Of a DNA stretch of 64,000 nucleotides, positions 11,950 to 25,000 are shown piece by piece (within the stretch, counting starts at the first letter, position 1; each line of letters begins with the position of its first letter). The position numbers and the translations under genes were made by a program. The stretch is from Dipteris shenzhenensis. Taxonomy: Eukaryota. The DNA lies in assembly GCA_047967505.1 (NCBI GenBank), contig CM106538.1. One strand, given 5' to 3'. The notes under the pieces are model-generated. The model saw only the letters and a program-made list of their open reading frames with translations. It was not told the origin of the DNA and did no database searches.

Positions 11950-14900
11950 AGTAAGAGGATGAGACAGTTGAAGTGGACCGCTACAAAATGACCTTGAGAT
12001 CGGGGACAGAAATGTAGGTGTCATTGAATGACTGGAGGCAGAAGCAAAATCCCTCCTGTGTCATTTCCTTCAAAAAATTGTACTTTGAAAAGTTGTACAA
12101 GATATTGAGGTCCTTCTATTGGAGCTCGCTAAACTAGGCCCACGTCCCCAACAGCATTCCATGGGCATGTATAGGGGATGGATGTATCGGTCGACATGTG
12201 TACTAGGATAGTAGCGCCAAAACTACTCCTTTTTTAAAAAAAACGCCAATGAGGTTGAAGGCCAGAGTCAACGTCGATGAGGGGGACTAGAGCATTGGGA
12301 GAGAAGTGGTAGCCACTGCGTGTCCACTTTGAGTGGGTCCACAGTGCCAGTGGTTTAAGGACTAGGTGATAAACTGTGTAAGGGGGAGAACCTCCATGAT
12401 GTTGTAGAGATGGAGGCAAGAGCCTTCAAGGTGCTACTTCTAGTGATGCATCAGTGTGTTATCAGGCAATTCCTGGAAGGATTGTAGATCTGGTTGCCAC
12501 TTAATTTCTTCAGGCGGGGAGGAGGGGGTGCTGGAGGAAGATCGTCATTGTCCATAGACATGGGGTCCTCTTCAGCAGTCCCTGTGGGTGATGTGTTGAT
12601 GGGTGTATGTACGAGATTTGTCGATTTGAGGAGCATGTTGAGGGCTTCGTCCGAGAGGTCGACCGAGGCATTAGAGGAGATGGACTGGGAGGTCCCATGC
12701 TCTGCAAAGCTAGTGTTGGAGGCATTGGAGGAGTACTCGAGGAGGTTTGCATGAGAGAGTGGGGGTGGGGCAGGCTATGTGGCTTGTTGGGGGTGGTGGG
12801 TGGGATCTTCAAGAGGCGGCTATGCAATTTCGGCAGGTGGGGCAGTAGAGTTAAAAATTGCTATGGCTTCTTGCTCCTCCTCCTCGGTGACTTCTTTGAG
12901 ATATGCTACCTGAATTGTTTCAAAATTGCTGACCAAGGACTCAAGTGAAAACCTGGAGAGCTTGTAGCACTCAGTTGTACAGAATGATTATGCCAAGGGG
13001 ATGGTAGACAGTGGAGCAATATGCAACTAGATGCCCTTGTGTTTGGACCATGGAGGCGTGCCAGCTATAGGTTTGCATCCAATTGATATCAGCTTGGAGG
13101 CCTTTGGGAGTGCAAACCCATGGGTTATCATTGGGCTTGGCTAGTTGCATCACATCATCATCTTGTGGATAATTAATGGACTTGATGATGACCCGACACC
13201 ACGCTTGGAAGTTGAGCAAGATGGGGTGGGTAGAAAGGTCTAAAGGTGAGAGGGATAGAGAAGAGAGAGGCTGGCGGGTTGAAGATCCAGAGAAAACTAT
13301 GACATGGTGAGAATCAAGTGGCAATGGTGGTCGGGGTTATGGTGGAGGATGGTTTGGAGGGCATTAGGAGGAAGTGGAGTGGTGAGGTTGAGGTGGAAGA
13401 TGAGGTTTTCTGCATGAAGGGCATTGAAGTGCATCTGTAGGGTTTGGGGGGCAATGCGTGGGGCTAGAGTGTATGTGGCTAGTTGGGCTGAGACCTCCCA
13501 GTACATCTGGAACTCTTGTTGCTCTTGGTCTTCCAACGTGGATTCCTCTGGGCGACTAGAGGTACACAAGCACTCGTTGTTTGCCTGCATAATAATGGTT
13601 AGTGCACACTCTTGTGCCAAGAGATCCTGGAGAGTCTGAATTTTTTGATTATATCAGTCTTAGTTTCTAGCATGCTTCTCCTCGACTTGCGCCCTTTGAT
13701 CATCTGTAGTGCAGAGGCGGGATTCTGCCTTGTCCACCTAGTCCATAAGGGTATGGACTAGGGATTCACTGGCAGAGAGATTGGTCTTTGAGCTTTGTGA
13801 TGGAGAGCTCCAACTCTTCGGCCTTGTTGCAATACTCTTCCACTCTGTCAAGGGCAGTTTTCCCTGTATCTTGGGCGGCGACCATCAACGTGTGGTTGTC
13901 GCACGTGGAGAGTAGTGGCTAGAGGAGATTAGAGGAGAGTGACAAAAGAGGTGGTCTCTTGAGGGTGGGTGATATAGCTGAGGCTAAGACTTGGGGCACA
14001 GAGGGACTGGCATGAGTATCTTGGGCTCCTGGGTGGAGGCCAATGTGGACAATGTCATCCCCGGGGAGATCATCGATGTGGATGGGGTCTTGGGGTATGG
14101 CCTTGCCCTTGGAGCATGGATCAGAGTGCTCCATTTGGTGCTGCCTGCATAAGAATTCTTGCAATTGTCAATCTTCGTAATGGGCGAGCAACTAACTCTA
14201 GGGGGGTGGCTGAGTGGGACAGCTGGCCGAGCTGGCGCACTGGGCTCTATCCTTGATAGCTTTGGAATTGCCACTGTCTCTTCTTCATCTATTGGCACTG
14301 GTCCTATGGCAGCTTTGTCAGCCAAGATTGGTGGCTGCAACATATGATAGAGAATTGGCATGATTGGTGGTGATTCGTATGTTTGGATTGGGTCAATCAC
14401 TAGAGAGCGTGTGTAGACTTTTCCAACTCTGTCTTGATGATCTTCAAAAAATGGATGTGTCCCTTGCTCTTTTTCCGGTCATATCTACAAAATTTGTTGA
14501 GGGCCTCAAGCACCTTTTTCTTTTGAGCATATTTGTCAACGATGACTAGGAGGCCAAAGGCGGCTTGCACCACATCCACGCTGATGTGGTAGAAGTGGGA
14601 GTGCATGTCACATCATGCAAGATGCTAACGTTAGTGTTGGCATTGTAGGCCTAGAGGAATTCTCCCAGTAGCCTCTTGACCAGGTGATAGGGAGGCGGTC
14701 TGCCACCATAGATCTAAGACCTGTCAGTGCGAGAGATGATGTCTCTGGCTCTTTGAGTGCTTGATATGCTATTGCATTGTGGTAGTGGAGGGTGTAGTTG
14801 TGTCCCTTGTAGTAGGCATAGCGGGAGAGGATGGCACATCGGTTGAGTTGCTGGAGCCAAGCCTCTCCAAGTGACAAGTGCATCTGAGACTACGTAATTT

Positions 14901-15161
14901 TGTACTCCCCTTGTGTGGGGGCGGGGGTGCACTTCCTTGATGACCTAGAGGGAGTAGTGCCATTACTATAGGCACATCTTGAAAGGCCTGCTATATCGAG
15001 ATCTCTACCTCTACTTGTAGGTCCTCTGCTGGGATGTCAGAGGGCATATGAATGGTCCCTAAAGGCGTACTCTATAAATCAGAGGAGCAGGTGGCTTGTA
15101 GAATTGGGAGGCGGAGGTTAAGCTCCGTCTCAAACTCAAAGAAATTATTTTTTGGATCCAT
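11950..15161 (-). pseudogene. degenerate accessory ORF(s) of the Gypsy element between pol and the 3' LTR, unknown function
   Basis: chain of same-strand ORF fragments (14883-14608, 14606-14400, 14400-13984, 13620-13297, 13324-12971, 12636-12234) beginning near ATG MDPKNNFFEFE at ~15161; includes Pro-rich and charged segments; no domain recognised. Confidence 0.45.
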
Positions 15162-16062
15162 GGGAAAGAAGTAGGGCAATTGAGTGATAAGAGAACTGGT
15201 GGAAGAGGAGGAGGCTAAGGACATTAACTAAGGGCTAAAATGCAGGCTAGAAGAGGGCAGGGAGCTAGGGAAAGTCTAGTAGAAATCTGGCAGAGTTTCA
15301 TTGTTTTTGCTAAGGCGATGACCTGAGGGGATAGGGAGTCCTTATATAGTTTTGATATCCTTACGGCCAAGGGGATGGTGTAAGATGATGTGGCATGGGG
15401 ATAGGAGTTATGGTGGCAGTAGGAGGATGGGAACTATGGCCGCAGTCGGTGGGTTACCGATAAGGCGATGGTCGGTGGGATAGAAGCTAGGGCGACGAGC
15501 CGTGGGGGTGGGAGAAAGGCAATGGCTGGAGGGACAACAAAAAGGAAATGGCCAACGGGATAGCAATAAGGCAACAAGTGGTAGAATAGCAATAAGGCAA
15601 TGGCCAGCAGGATAGAAGTTGTCAAAATTTGAGAGAGATAAAATAAAAATAAAAAGGGGTGTGGAGGAGGGAGGTGACAAGCGAAAAAAGGACAAAAGGA
15701 AAAAAGGAAAAAAGGTGAAAGGTGGATACCAAGGGTGTTGTGCGAAGGGGAACACGATGTGAACAGACTAGGTGTCCCATGGACATGTGGGGTCAGTGTG
15801 CAAGAATGCAAATCATGAAGATAATGCACAAGAGTTGTACTGGCCATATTCACCTATTGTTGATCGTGAATGTGCAAGAGCTATACTAGCCGTATTCACA
15901 TATTTGTTGGCCGTATTCACCTATTGTTGATCGTGAATGCGAGTGGGTGCATTGGCATACCAAGGACTTGTGAGTTATTACATGGTGGTAATATGCCTAC
16001 CATATAGACTCAACCTCTAGACCTAGACTTGATGCTTATGAGGGATGCAATGGAGACAAATG

Positions 16063-19000
16063 TTACACGGCCGCATAGCATGTCATCAACCAAGTAGAGA
16101 CCGTGTTGAGTTTTTTCCTCATCCTAGTTGTCAGGGGTGTGTTTGCATGGTGGTGATCCTTTGGATGGAGCTCTTTTGTCATAGGGTATGCGGGTAATTG
16201 TGTGGCTACAATTGGTGTGGAAACAGGTTCTTGTGGTATTGCATCCCTTGCTGTAGCAGGCGGTTTGTGTTCAGGTAGCACTGTGGGTGCTATCGTTGAG
16301 TAGGACATCCTTCCATGGCTTGCACATGGGCCTGGAGGAAGGTTCTTGTGCAACTTCCCCCTTTCTAAGAGTTGGTTCTTGTGTTGCTTCCTCATTGGCC
16401 TGGGCGACCTTCTTGTTGAGTTGCACTATTTGTGGTATCATGGCACACTGAGGGCTTGGGGGTTTGTTCGGCTCCATGGTTGATAAAGGTTCTTGTGTTC
16501 CTACCTTCTGAACCCCTACGAGTTGGGATCACGTGTTTGGTGCCCTAGGAAACTCCTGGACCCAAGCAGCATTGCCTTCGTAATAGCCCTAGGTTTCCAA
16601 GATCTTTGTGGTGACCTAGCTCTTGTGGGGCTGCTGTGCTTAGAATGGTAGATTTGGTCCTAGATGTTGAGGTGATTGGTGGCATCATGTTCTTCCCTTA
16701 GATGGGGTTGCCCATGTCGAAGTCGCACAAGAAGTGATCATAGACCCATCCCCTACTTTGATCTTTTTGGGTCACTGATTATCATTAAAGTGGCATTAAG
16801 CACAAAGAATAGCTTCTTGTACCTGATGTCCACAGCATTTATGGGTGGGCAGTAGGGGTGGTAGAGATGTGGTTAGGACTTTATACTGTCCAGGATCAAA
16901 CTCTCTTCTGAGGGTCAGGATCAAAGGGTCAGGATCAAGAGTGCTAAAGGTGGCTAGGGCCTTAGAATCACCTTCATTTAGAACTTCCTTTCCTTTGGCA
17001 TGTGGTGGAACTGTGGGTGAGTGGGATGAAGTTCATAAAGTGGAATTATTGTAGTCCTCCCCCCATTTGTGAGAGATGTTGTTCTAGCCCTCCAGTTGAT
17101 TTGGCAATTCACAGCATAGCACCAGGTCCTTCCCAATATCGTTTTCTCATCGGTTGCTTCTGTGGGGAGAACATAAAAATGGATCTCTACTACCTGGTGA
17201 ACAACCATTAGTCTCAAGTTCACATACCCTAATGGGCTTAATAGTTGACCATTGATGGCACGTACTGAAGCCACAATAGTAAGGTATAGGAGTATCTATA
17301 GCTTTTTCCATACTTTGTAGGAGATGAAGTTGTGGCTCGCTCTCAAATCCAAGAGTGCCTAGATGCATATGCTCGGAACCTGCAATTGGACATTCAACCT
17401 AGCTGGTTCTACTGTTAGTTCATCAATCAGTCCTAGATGTTCGAGTGTTGCCTTAAACAATGCCATTTTTTTACATTTTTTGATCTTGGCGTTACGTGCC
17501 TTGGCTTCTTTGATGGCCTGGAATTTCATCTAGGTCACCTCGGCCTTAAGATCCTTCTCCCTATGGATGACTTGGAGGGTCTCTAGGGTGAGGGTGCCAT
17601 AGTATCTTTTCAATTTACTCTCGTTGAGGTAGCCATCCATTTCTACTCCATCCAAGGTAGCTATTCAACACACCCCTTACAGAGTGATCTCCACCACGTG
17701 GTAGGGACCCATGCCTCGATATTTGAGCTTATGTTTGGTGTTGTAGATTCTAAAGAGGAGTGCGAAATTTCCCTCCTCAAGGTCCTTGTTCTTGAGGTTA
17801 TAGGCGAACCATTTTTTACGCCATGCCTTCTCCACTCGAAGACAATAGGCTGCACAAAATCTGGTCTCATCAAGCTATTCGAGATTGATTGTGCTTTGCC
17901 AAGGCATTTTTGGTGAGCCTTTCCTTGACTATAATGTGAGGGTTGGGCACTACATACTGCATTGGCATAACTGTCTCCACCCTAAATGCTAGGCTGAAGG
18001 GGGTGTAGTTCATGGCCACTTTATAAGATGTTCGGTAGGCCCACACAGTTGTAATCCTAGTCGGTACAACTGGCTTTGACCATGCAAGTTATAATCTTGC
18101 AGCATGTTTTGTTCGAGCTCTCATCCAGGCCATTTGCCCTAGGATAATATGGAGTTGAGTTTCTATGTATAATCATGAATTCATTGGTCAGGATTGCTAT
18201 AGTTTCATTGAGGATATGAGTTCCTTGGTCACTGACCAATTCTAATGGACACCCGAACCGTGCTATGTCTTGCTCATATAAAAACTTAGCAGTGGATCTC
18301 GCATCAACTTTCCTTGTGGCTCTCCCTTCCACACATTTGGTGAAATAATATGTGGCCAAGATAATGTATATGACCCCTATTCTTTTAGCTGTTGGGCTTA
18401 TCGGTCTAATGAAATCTATGTCCAATTTGTCAATGGGCTGATCGGTCAATATAACCGTTAGGGGCATCATATCTGTTTTATGTGGGATTGTTGGCAGGGG
18501 TCGCATCACTTGACAAATTCAGCTGCATCTCCGAAGAGAGTTGGCCACCAAAGGCTAGCCTGCTGCACTTTACATGCCATAATGTCAGCGAAAAAATGAC
18601 CGCTTGCTATCTCGGAGTGGGCTTCTTCGAGCACATAGATGTATTCATGCCCGCACACACATCTGTGCATGATGTCCCTATAGTATAGCTGGCCTATAAT
18701 TAACTTATCTAGCACCGCATCCTTAATGAGTTTACAAGCTCTATTGTTCTTGAGGGCTTTGTCCAAAGGCAATCTATTGGCCAAGTACCAGCCAATTTCA
18801 TCTACCCATTCAAGAATTATGTCAACAAGGAATAGAGGAGCATCGGGGAGATCATCTTCGACTCCCATCAAAGCTTCTCCATTGGGGATCCTCTAGAGGT
18901 GGTCAGCTAGGACATGGGCCTTTCCCTTATGCACTACGACTGTGAAATCAAACTCCAGGAAAATTAGCATCCACCTTATGACGTGTCCCGTCAGGCAGGG

Positions 19001-22000
19001 CTTGTTAACCAAATACTATAGTGCTTGGTGGTCCACAAAAAAGATGAATTTGTTGGCTAACAAGTAATGCATGAACCATTCAAAGGTAGCAGGTGCATTG
19101 GTAAGCATAAATATCATTACTTTGGCTACAGAGTGATGGACACCTAATTGTATCCAGAGAATCCATTCGAGAAGCTATATGCACCCTTCCTAGCTACCCT
19201 TTCCAAAACATGTTCCCTAAATGGCAAAGGGTAGTGGTCGCACCTGGTGGTGGCATTGACTTTTTTTAGATCCACGCATACTCGAATCTTTCCATTCTTT
19301 TTTAGGACTATCACGATAGGTGACACCCAGTCTTTATGCTCTATCTCATAGATGAATCCTGCATCTAATACTTTTTGGAACTCCTCCCTCACTATGAGCG
19401 CATATTTGGGATTCATGGGGTAGAAATGTTGATGCACTGGCTAGGCATCGTCAAGCATGGGTATTGTGTGATGCATGACTTCAGTGGGCACACCCTTCAT
19501 ATATGTGTATTTCCAGGCCATGCAATCCTTGCACTCTTGAAGGAGAGCTATTAAAGCATTCTCCTCATTGGGGGTGAGATCGTCTATGAGAATAATGGTT
19601 GGGGGTCTTCCCATTCCAACGCCAGGTTTACCTCCTTAACCTTGGTTGGGCCGTCATATCCTTGGAATCACCCTTCTTCCTGAGTTCTCTTGTCCTACTG
19701 GTATAAGATCTTGTGATCCTTGTTCGTGTAGGCCTTGTGATGGGCAGGTACTTGTCGTAGATCCTCCTTTTCTTTGCCCTCTTCTTCCACTCCTCCTTGG
19801 GGGGTATCCCTCTTGGCCCTACTACCCGGAGCCTTCGGGCTTTTGGATGTTGGGAGCTTCGGACCTAAAGGGGGATCCTTCATGGCACTTATGGAGATGA
19901 CTAGGGAGGTAACCTTGCTCAACCGTGCTCCCCAATTGGAGGAGAACTCATGGTGAGCAGTAGTGGCACCAACATACATTAGCCAGTGGAGGAACAACTT
20001 GACCCTTACTCTCCCCTTGCTCACCTTGCAAGGTTTGAGCATGTTAAACATTCTGAGGGGAGCCACTGGGCTCAACCCTTCATGCTCGATTATTGTCAAT
20101 TGGAATCCTATTCCCTCTGGGACATCAATGTTTGCCAGAATATGCATCCAGTTCTGAGAGAACTCTGGCTCAGGAAGAGGGGCATACCAAAATTCATCTG
20201 CCTCCCTCTCATCCTCTTCTTTCCCACATGTTTGGAACAATTTTAGGGATGCAGTCATGTTGGTTGTGTCAGATTCTATGGCAAATAGTTGTCTTGACAG
20301 TGGGTGGGTCTTACAGGTGCACAAGTCCACTCACACAATTTGCTCCTCATGCCACAAATAGATTTTGTCAGCACTTGCACCAATTGTATGTGAGTTCGGA
20401 CATGTGCAAGAAGGGCTTGCCTAGGATGGCTTCATATCCCAGCTACTAGGTAAAGTCCATGGCTACAAATTTAACGAGGTACATGAAGCCCAATACCTCA
20501 ATGTTAATACTGGTGAGGACTCCCAAGGTTTCAACCATTCCACTATCAGCTAAGTTCACTAGCAGGTGAATTTGATCAAGAGAAGTTTTTCCCCACCTCT
20601 CCTAGCATTCCTTGGTGCAACAAACACACACACTCGCTCCCCCATCTAGGATGGCATCAACCTTTTGGTTCTAGTAGGTTATGTGGATAGCTGCATTAGT
20701 ATCATCACCTTTGAAGTATTGGCCCAACTTACTGATGGGGACCTTGGGTAAGTTTTGACCTTCCTCCTACGGTTGATCGACCCTTCAGCTGGCAGGTCCT
20801 AGGGATAGGATTTGTCCATTCATCCAGCTTGAGAGGTCTCACCAGAGGGTAGTATTCCCTCTTAGCAAGGAGGCGATTGGCATCTTAACCTTGGTGGAGA
20901 GGAAGGCTACAACCTAGTGCTCTTGCATGGTTCCTAAGAGGTCTCCCTACCTACTGATAGTAGATCCTCTAGACCATAAATGTCTCCTTCCTCTCATAGG
21001 TTCTGTAATACCGGGTCCTCTTGGAACATTTGTTGCATCAAGTTTGGAGCCTTTGATTTATCAAAGCTAGATTGTTCCTCTTCTTCCACCCTTTGTGGCA
21101 CCCTAAGTTCCCTTGCTCCTCGGTGAGCCATTAGGTGGTCTGGGTGGATGGTATTTGAGCCTTTGCTAGCCTTGAGCCTATGCTCAAACTTCTCCTGGCA
21201 TTCCTGTACCAAATTTTGAGCATCTATTATGTGCTATTTTTTTAGGGGTGGGTCCGGATAGGTTCCCTTATAGAGATGTGAAGCCTTGGGCCTGCAATGG
21301 CTTGTTTACATCTGAGTATTGGGGCATACTCAAGTCATCCTTGGAGGGGGGAGGAAGAGGAGGTGTTGAAGGTGGCTGTCTCCTCATCGGAGCTGTCTTG
21401 GATGAGCACCTGGTCTACTCCTTTACTAACCCGAATCGCCTTCCTGGACCTAGTCTATGGGGGTCGGGACACTGCGGCATTTTGTGGCAGGGGTGCTTTA
21501 TCCTTCCTTGCCTGCTTCTTCATTTCCCTTCCTATAGCTCTAGCATACATCCTTGTGATGGCCTTCAAGGGTACTACTACTCCTTGACCCTGTTCAATAA
21601 TCATCAAATTAATGGTGCTGCTCTTAGGCAGGGTGGCCAGAGTCACTAGTCTTCTCAAGGGGCCATCCTTGAAAAAATGCTCTACTTCGCCACCAGCACA
21701 CAAGGGCGTAGGGCTTGTCGTGGGTGGAATTTCCGGGGTAAGATCCCTATAGGGGCAGTCCTTTAAAAAATGCAGCCCTTAGCACTTAAAGCATGACATT
21801 GGAGGGTTTTTTGAGCCTTTATACGGGCACCCAGTTGCCCTATGTGGACCTTGGCAAGTATGACATTGGATTGGGGGCCTTTGCACCATGGAGTTCATTT
21901 ATCTTGCTCTTGTTGCCATGGGAGCTATCTGGAACACTAGGACCTATTGATCCTCATGTAGGAGCTAGTAACTTATGGTGCCACTTCCTTGCTCATAAGG

Positions 22001-22019
22001 GTAATAGTCGTGGAGGTCA
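16063..22019 (-). pseudogene. Gypsy gag-pol remainder: Zn knuckles, protease, RT (core deleted), RNase H C-terminus, integrase, second aspartic-protease-like domain, Pro-rich tail
   Basis: CFKC*GLHFLKDCP (~21780); VDAILDGGASVCV..ILGKPF (20665-20410); RT 19437-19144; NAPATF fused to YLLANKFIFFVDHQAL (YxDD region missing); integrase 18871-17600; ALLDLRASHNFIS..ILGRTW (17359-17120). Confidence 0.85.
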
Positions 22020-25000
22020 TGGCCCATCTGTAGATTGATGCATATCATAAAGTAGCTTATGCAACCAAGCTACCTCACTTGCAGCCATTGCTGCATCCCT
22101 GTACTCAGCCTCTGTCCTCGACAAGGCAACTGTAGGCTATTTCTTGCTGCTCCAAGTGACTGCAGCACTCCCAAAAGAGAGCACATATCCACTATCGTCT
22201 ATCAAAAATACTACCAGCCCAATCAGCATATCCATGCAACTGTATCTAAACCCCAGTCTCATAAAATAGTCCATACTGCAATGTGGATGTCACATACCTC
22301 AGTATGCATCGAGCCGCATCCAAATGCGATTTCCTTGGAGCCTGCACAAACTGACTTACCAGCCCAACAGCATAGCTCAAATCTGGCCTGGTAATAGTCA
22401 TATAAATCAAACTTCCTACTATGCGTCTGTACATAGTAGGGTCTTCCAGAAGCTCACCTACATCTGCACTCAGCTTCACATTCTGCTCCAAAGAAACTGA
22501 AATAGGCTTACAGCCTGTCATCCCATATTTGGATAGCATCTCCAATCCATACTGCCTCTGCAAAAGCCATATCCCACGTGGATCTAATCACCTCAATGCC
22601 CAAGAAGTAACGCAGCTCTCCCAAATCCTTCATCTCAAACTTCTGCTTCAATAGCATTTTCACATGAAGGATATCTTCATCACTATCACCTATGATGATC
22701 AAATCATCAACATAAATGATAAGCACAATAATACCTTTCTCTGTTTTTCTCACATAAAGTGAGAAATTTACCGTGGAAATTTGAAAGCCAATTGTAACAA
22801 GATACTATCCTATCTTGTCAGACCATGCTCTGAGTGCTTGTTTCAAGCCATACAAGGCTTTCTTCAACCTGCAAACAAACTTAGGATGAATAGCATACAC
22901 ATAACCTGGTGGCTGCTCCATATAGACCTCTTCTTGCAAATCACCATGCAAGAAGGCATTCTTTACATCCATCTAATGTAAAAACCATCCCTTTGATGCA
23001 GCCATAGCAATGACTGCTCTTACAGTTGCCATCCTTGCAACCGGACTTAATGTTTCTTCATAATCAATGCCATATGTTTGTGCATACCCCTTGACAACTA
23101 ATCTTGCCTTGTATCTACTCACAAAACCATCTGCATTGTGCTTCACCTTATAAACCCACTTGCACCCAATTGCATTCTTGTCTTTAGGCAAAGGCACCAA
23201 TTCCCATGTAGCATTTGCTTCTATGGCATCCATTTCTTCATCCATGGCTTTCTCCCATTTCTCTTTTCCCATGGCTTGCTCAAAGGAAGTGGGTTCTGGT
23301 TCATGTATCACTTTGACCATATAGGCATAGTGAATGGTTGTAAATCCATCATATTTCAGCCTATCCACAGGATACTTGACTCTAGTAGACTTGCATAAAA
23401 TAGGCTCACTACCAGGTGCTCCCAAAACATCCCTTATCTTCCTTACTCTAGGTGTAACAATAGAAGGAATACCCAACTCATCATCAAGGCTCTGTTCTGA
23501 GCCACTAGATTCACGATCCACATAATAGTGACCTGCATTCAAATCAACCATGGGCTGATCTACTTTCTCTTTTCCCTTTCATGATACTTGCATACCACTA
23601 TCTGCATTGCTTTGAGGAGATTCTCCTAATCTCAATCTGCCTGTCCATGGTGAAGTATGTGAACCACTGCTAGAGGACACTACAGGTCCACTAATATTTT
23701 GTGATTGCTGCTGTGAATTCTGTGCAGCATTACCATTTTGTGCATCTATATCATCAATCACATTTACTGGTTTATACCAACTGCTCATCTCATCAAAAAC
23801 ATCTTTGCTCACTATAAGCTTACGAGTAGAAGGATTATAGCATCTATACCCTTTCTGCTGTAGAGAATAACCAATAAAGATGCACTTCTCAGCTTTTGGA
23901 TCCAACTTGGATCTCAACTCATCTAGCACATGAACATAGGCAATGCAACCAAAAACTGTCAAATGAGAAATATATGGTTTCCTACCAGTATACCTCTCCT
24001 CTGGCGTCATGCCATGTATTGCTGCAGTGGGAGTCCTATTCATTATGTAGACTACTGTAGCAATTGCTTCGGCCCAATAATAATCTAGCATGTCTTTTTC
24101 ATTGAGCATGGCATGAGCTACCTCTCCAATATGCCTATTTTTCCTTTCTACAAGTCCATTTTGCTATGGGGTATGACTGCATGAATATTACTGCTTTATG
24201 CCGTGTTCCTGCAGGAACCTTGCAAACTCATTTGAGAGATACTCTCCCCTGACCTTAGGCATTTTTTTGTAGGCTTGTTTCTTTTTCAACCATAGCTTTA
24301 AAATCTTTGAAATGCCCAAACACTTCACTTTTCTTTTTCATAAAATACACCCAAACTTTTCTGTTGTAGTCATCAATAAAAGTGACAAAATAATGACAAC
24401 CTCCAATAGATGCAACTTTAGCGGTCCACATGTCAGAGTGGATTAATTACAATGGCCTCTTACTCTCTTGAACATGTCTAGGAAATGGTTTCCTTACCTG
24501 TTTTCCAAATTGACAGGCTTCACTTACCTTATGCATTTTTGCAACCTTGAACTTAGGTAATCCTGCAACAATATTTTGGGCCTGCATTAGTTTAAGTCAC
24601 TGTACATTAACATGACCAATGCGTTTATGCCAGATATCAATATCTGCAACTACACCGGTCCCATGTGCAAACATTACTGCACTCAATTCAGGCATGTTTG
24701 CATCCAATGTAAACATCCTGCCCTCTTCTTCCCTTTGGCTATCAAGCAACCTTTATTTTTCATTTCCTCAACAAAGCATCCATGAGTATTAAATCTGACC
24801 TGCAAGCCCTGCTCAACCATTTGACCAACAGAAACCAGGTTCTTGGTGATATTCGGGACATGAAATACATCAAACAGGTATTTCTTTTTCCCAACCTGCA
24901 TAGACAAAGGAATTTTACCAATTTGCACAATAGGATGTGCAATATCATCACCAGTCTCCACAAATCCTAGTCTTTCCATTTTCCTTGCATCCTGCATCCA

